This document shows positions 6,179 to 10,235 of a stretch of 10,235 nt of DNA, piece by piece (within the stretch, counting starts at the first letter, position 1; every line of letters begins with the position of its first letter). The DNA lies in assembly GCA_964247135.1 (NCBI GenBank), contig CAXTTL010000176.1, positions 1 through 10,235 on the forward strand, in the 5' to 3' direction. Made by a program: the position numbers and the translations under genes. The stretch comes from an uncultured Deinococcales bacterium. GTDB lineage: Bacteria; Deinococcota; Deinococci; Deinococcales; JAAFIG01. A model generated the notes under the pieces. That model worked only from the letters and a program-made list of their open reading frames with translations, made no database searches and had not been told where the DNA came from.

Positions 6179-6829
6179 TTAAAACGGTAAGTCCAGTCCT
6201 GACTGAGCGGTTTGCGGCATTGGTTCATTCGCTTCTGGCTGCAGCGCTTCGTTTGGGCGATTGAAGCTCTCAACGATCGCCCCGGCGAGCGAGTCGAAAA
6301 CCCCGCCGCTGCTGAGTTCCCAACCACCCTCGACTTCGGTTATGGTTTCGGTGGTGGGGCTTTCGTTGATGAACAATTGAAATTCCTTGAGGTTGGCGGT
6401 TGTGGTTTCGAGCCTGATGGAGGCTTGTTCGTAATCAGGCTCGCCGTAACCAAACTCACAACGAAAATCATCGAGATCATTGCCCTCCTCGAATTCGTCC
6501 TCGAAATCGTTGATGTCCTCCGAGTAAGCAATCACAATGTCTCGCAACATCGATTCACTCGCAACACCCTGACCAGGCAAAAGCAATTGAAAGCCTTGCG
6601 GCATCACCAAATACGCATCTTCTCCCTCTTCAAGCACGTCACCGACCGACAAGGACCGATGACCGTGATCCGCACCGATGCCAGCTTGCAGTTCAGCGAA
6701 TGCCGCTTCCAGGTCTGTTGCCTCGAGCAAACCGTGTGGTTCGTGCGTTTCGGTTAGCGTTTCGAGATTTGCTTGTGGGACGAGCATTGCGAGGACGTTT
6801 TTGGCCAGCCAAACTTTATAGGTTTTCAT
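6179..6829 (-). CDS. YodL-like domain protein with a highly acidic C-terminal part (216 aa)
   Basis: LEAAF...HRSLSVGDVL...AYLVMPQGF resembles the YodL signature (LExxF...RSLSVxDVV...YxxxxxGF). RBS GAGGTG (6839-6834). About 43 D/E versus 9 K/R by manual count. Confidence 0.75.
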   Translation of the reverse strand: MKTYKVWLAKNVLAMLVPQANLETLTETHEPHGLLEATDLEAAFAELQAGIGADHGHRSLSVGDVLEEGEDAYLVMPQGFQLLLPGQGVASESMLRDIVIAYSEDINDFEDEFEEGNDLDDFRCEFGYGEPDYEQASIRLETTTANLKEFQLFINESPTTETITEVEGGWELSSGGVFDSLAGAIVESFNRPNEALQPEANEPMPQTAQSGLDLPF

Positions 6830-6845
6830 GTTTCACCTCGCAAAT

Positions 6846-6875
6846 TTCCTTGCTCGAGCGGGGTTCTCGAGCTGC
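6846..6875 (-). promoter_or_regulatory. Double-CTCGAG upstream motif, copy 6
   Basis: + strand ttccttgCTCGAGcggggttCTCGAGctgc. Confidence 0.75.
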
Positions 6876-7035
6876 TGAATTTGTACTGCGCCAGCTTGGC
6901 TTTACTCAGCAACGTGTTGCTTTTCCTCAAACCAAAAACCAAACTCGTACTACCCTGAAATCGTTCAGTGTACGAAGTCAGAATTTCTGATTTCCGATCG
7001 CTGAATGCGATCCGTACAACTGGCAGAGGAGTCTT

Positions 7036-7191
7036 ATGGTTTGGATCAAGATTTTGGCTTTTGGTCATTCAAGTTGGTTTCAAGTGCCCGTCATGCAGCT
7101 CGAGGCACTCAAAACGGAGTTGTTGTCCCAAGGTCATAAGCTGCTTGAGACGCTCACCGAGACTGATCTGAACAGGGTCTTGTACGGTTAG
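7036..7191 (+). CDS. Small plus-strand protein (51 aa): MVWIKILAFGHSSWFQVPVMQLEALKTELLSQGHKLLETLTETDLNRVLYG
   Basis: Manually translated. GAGGAG (7026-7031) precedes ATG 7036; TAG at 7189-7191 is followed directly by hairpins and a plus-strand T-tract. Not in the ORF track. Confidence 0.65.
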   Translation: MVWIKILAFGHSSWFQVPVMQLEALKTELLSQGHKLLETLTETDLNRVLYG

Positions 7192-7196
7192 TCGCC

Positions 7197-7249
7197 CAAG
7201 GCTTTTGCCTTGTGTGGTCAAAACAAATTGTTTTGACCACTTTTATTTT
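7197..7249 (+). terminator. Tandem hairpins / plus-strand terminator
   Basis: CAAGGC-tttt-GCCTTG (7197-7212), then GTGGTCAAAACAA-a-TTGTTTTGACCAC (7214-7240), then TTTTATTTT. Confidence 0.65.
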
Positions 7250-7325
7250 GTGACTGCACGGTCTGGACATTTTTTAAACACGGGGAACGTTATGTTCCCT
7301 CGAGCATCAATGCCCGCGTGTTTGC

Positions 7326-7808
7326 TCACCCTTTGCCTTCCTCGCGGATGTTCATTAGCATTTTGCCCAACCGGTTTTGACCGATCCCGGTTTTAAGGTC
7401 AACCCCCCAAAAGCGGTCGCCCCAGGCGTTCCCCTCAGCAATGTGCAATTCGCCAGTGTTTTGCAAAAGCCGCCCCAGGCTCGGGATGCTAAACTTTTGC
7501 CGTACCAAGTCCAGCATAATTGCCTCTTTCACGCTGTTCCAGTCGGCGTGAACCATAATTTCTTTACCAAGGCGTTTGGCTTCAAATGCCTTGAGTCCAA
7601 CGAACCGCAAGGCATCTCCTGGGTTTGCACATTTCGCTGCCTGGTACGCGCCTTCAACATGCTCAAACTGAAGGTCTTCTTTCAATCCCGGCAGTAATTT
7701 GGCACTCAATCGAACTCGAGCCAACCAGAAGTTTGAGAGAAACCGAAACTCGCCCTGGAATTCACGGATTGCATCGGTTGAACTTGCGCCAATGTTTAAG
7801 TTATTCAT
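7326..7808 (-). CDS. NADAR family (YbiA-like) protein, 160 aa
   Basis: Motifs FLSNF, VEGAYQAAK, AKRLG, W...K..IM.....QKF, L...L..TG...IAE, WGDRFWG and GQNRLGKMLM.IR are typical of NADAR proteins. Confidence 0.93.
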   Translation of the reverse strand: MNNLNIGASSTDAIREFQGEFRFLSNFWLARVRLSAKLLPGLKEDLQFEHVEGAYQAAKCANPGDALRFVGLKAFEAKRLGKEIMVHADWNSVKEAIMLDLVRQKFSIPSLGRLLQNTGELHIAEGNAWGDRFWGVDLKTGIGQNRLGKMLMNIREEGKG

Positions 7809-7814
7809 GCCGTT

Positions 7815-7847
7815 GATCTTGCTCGAGCGGGGTTTGCTCGAGCTACG
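7815..7847 (-). promoter_or_regulatory. Double-CTCGAG upstream motif, copy 7 (9-nt spacer), directly before an apparently leaderless ATG
   Basis: + strand gatcttgCTCGAGcggggtttgCTCGAGctacg. Only 6 nt separate it from ATG 7808, and there is no SD sequence. Confidence 0.78.
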
Positions 7848-7850
7848 CTT

Positions 7851-7885
7851 TTGATGGTGGGCAGTATCAACTGCCCCACCATCAA
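7851..7885 (-). terminator. Hairpin after the helicase stop codon
   Basis: TTGATGGTGGGCAG...CTGCCCCACCATCAA, 14 bp with one bulge. It lacks a minus-strand U-tract. Confidence 0.5.
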
Positions 7886-7889
7886 GATT

Positions 7890-9959
7890 TCAGTTTAGAC
7901 GTTGAACCGAACGCTCCCGCCAGTACGTTTCTGCCATGGCGCTGACCTCGAGCCGACCCCGCATCCCATACCGTTTTGCATCATCCAGTACCGAGGTGAT
8001 CAGCACCCCAGCTTCTTTGAGCAATGCCTGGGCTTTGAAGAACCGTTCAAAGTACCGCTCGAGTCCCAGTTCATCAACACTCCGTGCAACCTCGAGCGTT
8101 TCTTGCGGCGTCCACGAACGCGGATGCACTTGCAAGGCGTCTCCGACCACCACCATGCTCGAGAGCAGCTTTTCGATCAACGCCTCGTCAAAGAACCTGG
8201 ATCGTTTGCCCAACCGGGTGAACAAATGCAGCTTCTGACGGCAACGCGTCACCCCGACGTAAAACAATCGGCGTTCGTCCGCCAAGTTGCTCTCACTCGG
8301 AAATGCCCCATGTGGCAGCACCCCGTCGTCAACGTCGGGCATGATCACCACATCCCATTCCAAGCCCTTGCTCGAGTGAATGCTGCTCAACGTGAGCGCC
8401 TGATTGTGAACCAATGGGTTCAGCAACATCTCGAGTGTTTCACGTGCGTTGATTGAGGCACAAAAATCCTCGAGCAACGCCGCCTTGCGCGGATCACGCT
8501 TTTCATTCCAGTGCCAAGCCGCGTGCTGCGCGGTTTGCCGCATGGCTGCCTCGAGACTCAAGTGCTTCAAGTCAAGCGTGAACTCGAGCACTTCGAGCGC
8601 CACCTCGCCCGCGTGACCGACCTGATTTAAAGCCTGGGTCAAACCCTTGCCTTGCTCCAAAATCAACATTGGCACGTCTTTTAAAGCCTTTTTCAGTTGA
8701 TGGTCGAAACCCGCCACCAACCACGACCAACGGTTTTTCAGGTGGCTGCCATCCTCGGGCGTCCATTGAACCCGAGGCACGCCGAGCAAACCAGACAACC
8801 AAAACGCAGCCATCAATGCCAATCCCTCAGCCCGTTCGCGCAGCGCCTCACGACCCTCAAGCCGGTACGGAATGCCCGCCTTCAACAACCTCGACTCGAG
8901 CGCCGTGCTGTTGTTGAAATTGCGCACCAAAATCGCCACGTTCTCTAAACCGCCCGAGTGGGCTTCCGCCGCAACAACTTGCGTGATCTCTTCAGCCATG
9001 TCTGCTTGAAGACCGAGCTGGTACAGTTTGGTTTCACCACCAAAACCGAGCGTCAACGACGCCTGTTTCACTTCACGGTCGCTGTTGTTGGCGATCACCC
9101 GATTCGCCAGACCCAAATGACTCGCCTGGCAGCGAAAATTGTCCGAGAGCACGAACTTCTTGGCTTGCCAACGACCCTCAAAATTCAGAATGTGCGAGCT
9201 GCTCGCACCCTGAAACGAAAATATGCACTGGTCGTCATCGCCCAAAACCATGATGTTGCGGTCTCGAGCCGCGATCAGATCCACCAAACCCGCCTGGGCG
9301 AGATTGACGTCCTGATACTCGTCGATGAACAAACACCTGTAACGGTTTTGCACCCGCTCGAGCAACTCCGGACGGTTGCGCAACAGCAGCCACGCGTCGG
9401 CAATCAGATCACAAAAATCCATCAAACCACGCTCGAGCCGAATCCGCTCGAAAGCCCGGTACACCTCGAGTAGCCCACCGTGCAACTGCGACGCACCCAT
9501 CGGGATGAGTTCACCAACGGCACGCCCGAGGTCCGCGAACACCAGGTTCGCCTTCCACAACCTGACATGCTCGAGTAACACCTCCGGCGCCAGATTAGCC
9601 TGGCTGACCTTTACTGCCGCCGCCGCCGCCCCGAACAACTTCATCGAATCCAGACTCAGCTCGGGCGACCAATGTTCGCGCACCGCAACATTGATGATTT
9701 GACGCGCCAGTCGGTGCGTGGTGCCGAGTTCAATCCCAGAGCACAGCTCAAAGTCCTTCAATTTTCGCTCAATCGCATTGACCGAAGCGTTCGAGAAGCT
9801 GCCAGCAAAAATTTCACGGGCATTGAACACACCTTCACGTACCAAACGTTCGGCTCGAGCGACCATCGCCGTCGTTTTACCCGCGCCCGCGACGGCAAAA
9901 ACCAGCGCGGGTCCCAAATCGTGCTCGACGACCGCCATTTGTTCTGGAATCAGTTTCAT
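7890..9959 (-). CDS. UvrD/REP/PcrA-family SF1 ATP-dependent helicase (689 aa)
   Basis: Walker A AVAGAGKT, Walker B IDEYQD, motif III GDDDQCIFSFQGA, IV NFR, V IHSSKGLEW and VI ERRLFYVGVTR. RBS AGGAGG (9969-9964). Confidence 0.95.
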   Translation of the reverse strand: MKLIPEQMAVVEHDLGPALVFAVAGAGKTTAMVARAERLVREGVFNAREIFAGSFSNASVNAIERKLKDFELCSGIELGTTHRLARQIINVAVREHWSPELSLDSMKLFGAAAAAVKVSQANLAPEVLLEHVRLWKANLVFADLGRAVGELIPMGASQLHGGLLEVYRAFERIRLERGLMDFCDLIADAWLLLRNRPELLERVQNRYRCLFIDEYQDVNLAQAGLVDLIAARDRNIMVLGDDDQCIFSFQGASSSHILNFEGRWQAKKFVLSDNFRCQASHLGLANRVIANNSDREVKQASLTLGFGGETKLYQLGLQADMAEEITQVVAAEAHSGGLENVAILVRNFNNSTALESRLLKAGIPYRLEGREALRERAEGLALMAAFWLSGLLGVPRVQWTPEDGSHLKNRWSWLVAGFDHQLKKALKDVPMLILEQGKGLTQALNQVGHAGEVALEVLEFTLDLKHLSLEAAMRQTAQHAAWHWNEKRDPRKAALLEDFCASINARETLEMLLNPLVHNQALTLSSIHSSKGLEWDVVIMPDVDDGVLPHGAFPSESNLADERRLFYVGVTRCRQKLHLFTRLGKRSRFFDEALIEKLLSSMVVVGDALQVHPRSWTPQETLEVARSVDELGLERYFERFFKAQALLKEAGVLITSVLDDAKRYGMRGRLEVSAMAETYWRERSVQRLN

Positions 9960-9975
9960 CTTTCCTCCTGCAAAT

Positions 9976-10007
9976 GATCTTGCTCGAGCGGGTTTCTCGA
10001 GCTACGG
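9976..10007 (-). promoter_or_regulatory. Double-CTCGAG upstream motif, copy 8
   Basis: + strand gatcttgCTCGAGcgggtttCTCGAGctacgg. Confidence 0.78.
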
Positions 10008-10202
10008 TGTTTTGCTTTTTGGTTGACACGGCAAGGTAAATTGACGTTTCCAACGCTTGCCAAAACTTAAAGCAAATCTGTGACGACTCAAATAACCGCT
10101 TGACTTCACCAAAACACCATTCAAATAGCAATTGCAAATGCAGCACTCAATGTCGTTAGAAACCTCAAAACGTGCTCGAGCGTTCTTGGTCAGGTCACTC
10201 AC
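10002..10202 (-). CDS. Hypothetical protein (about 66 aa; start uncertain)
   Basis: Co-oriented ORF whose TAG stop lies inside motif copy 8. No clear RBS. Confidence 0.35.
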   Translation of the reverse strand: MSDLTKNARARFEVSNDIECCICNCYLNGVLVKSSGYLSRHRFALSFGKRWKRQFTLPCQPKSKTP

Positions 10203-10235
10203 GACTCTGACCGTTAGGTTTTACGGTTCCCTTTG

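Noticed and set aside
6826-7068. 80-aa minus-strand ORF
   Set aside because: Crosses motif copy 6 and overlaps the better-supported plus-strand gene start at 7036.
103-10007. Repeated motif interpreted as a CRISPR array
   Set aside because: Copies are 0.6-3.3 kb apart and separated by whole genes rather than 30-40 nt spacers. No cas genes are present.
103-10007. Repeated motif interpreted as integron attC sites
   Set aside because: No RYYYAAC...GTTRRRY ends, too short (~30 bp), no integrase in the window, and the spacing is fixed relative to downstream starts rather than upstream stops.

Overview
An accessory, plasmid- or phage-like region in which nearly all genes lie on the minus strand. 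From right to left it encodes a UvrD/PcrA-type SF1 helicase, a NADAR-family protein, an acidic YodL-domain protein, several small hypotheticals, a 748-aa lipoprotein with delta-60-type repeats, two (possibly three) paralogous basic repeat proteins, and a small ADP-ribosyltransferase-like protein. The most notable structure is a ~30-bp motif built from two CTCGAG hexamers (minus-strand consensus CGTAGCTCGAG[CA]AAMCCCRCTCGAGCAAGRTC). It occurs 8 times, always in the same orientation and just upstream of a gene. The base 14 nt downstream of its proximal CTCGAG falls on or next to an ATG, an RBS or a 5' hairpin, which suggests a non-canonical promoter or operator regulon. CTCGAG itself is about 20-fold over-represented. 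A Deinococcota host and a mobile-element early/leading region are inferences; no hallmark mobility gene is visible. All family assignments come from motif recognition by eye, not database searches.
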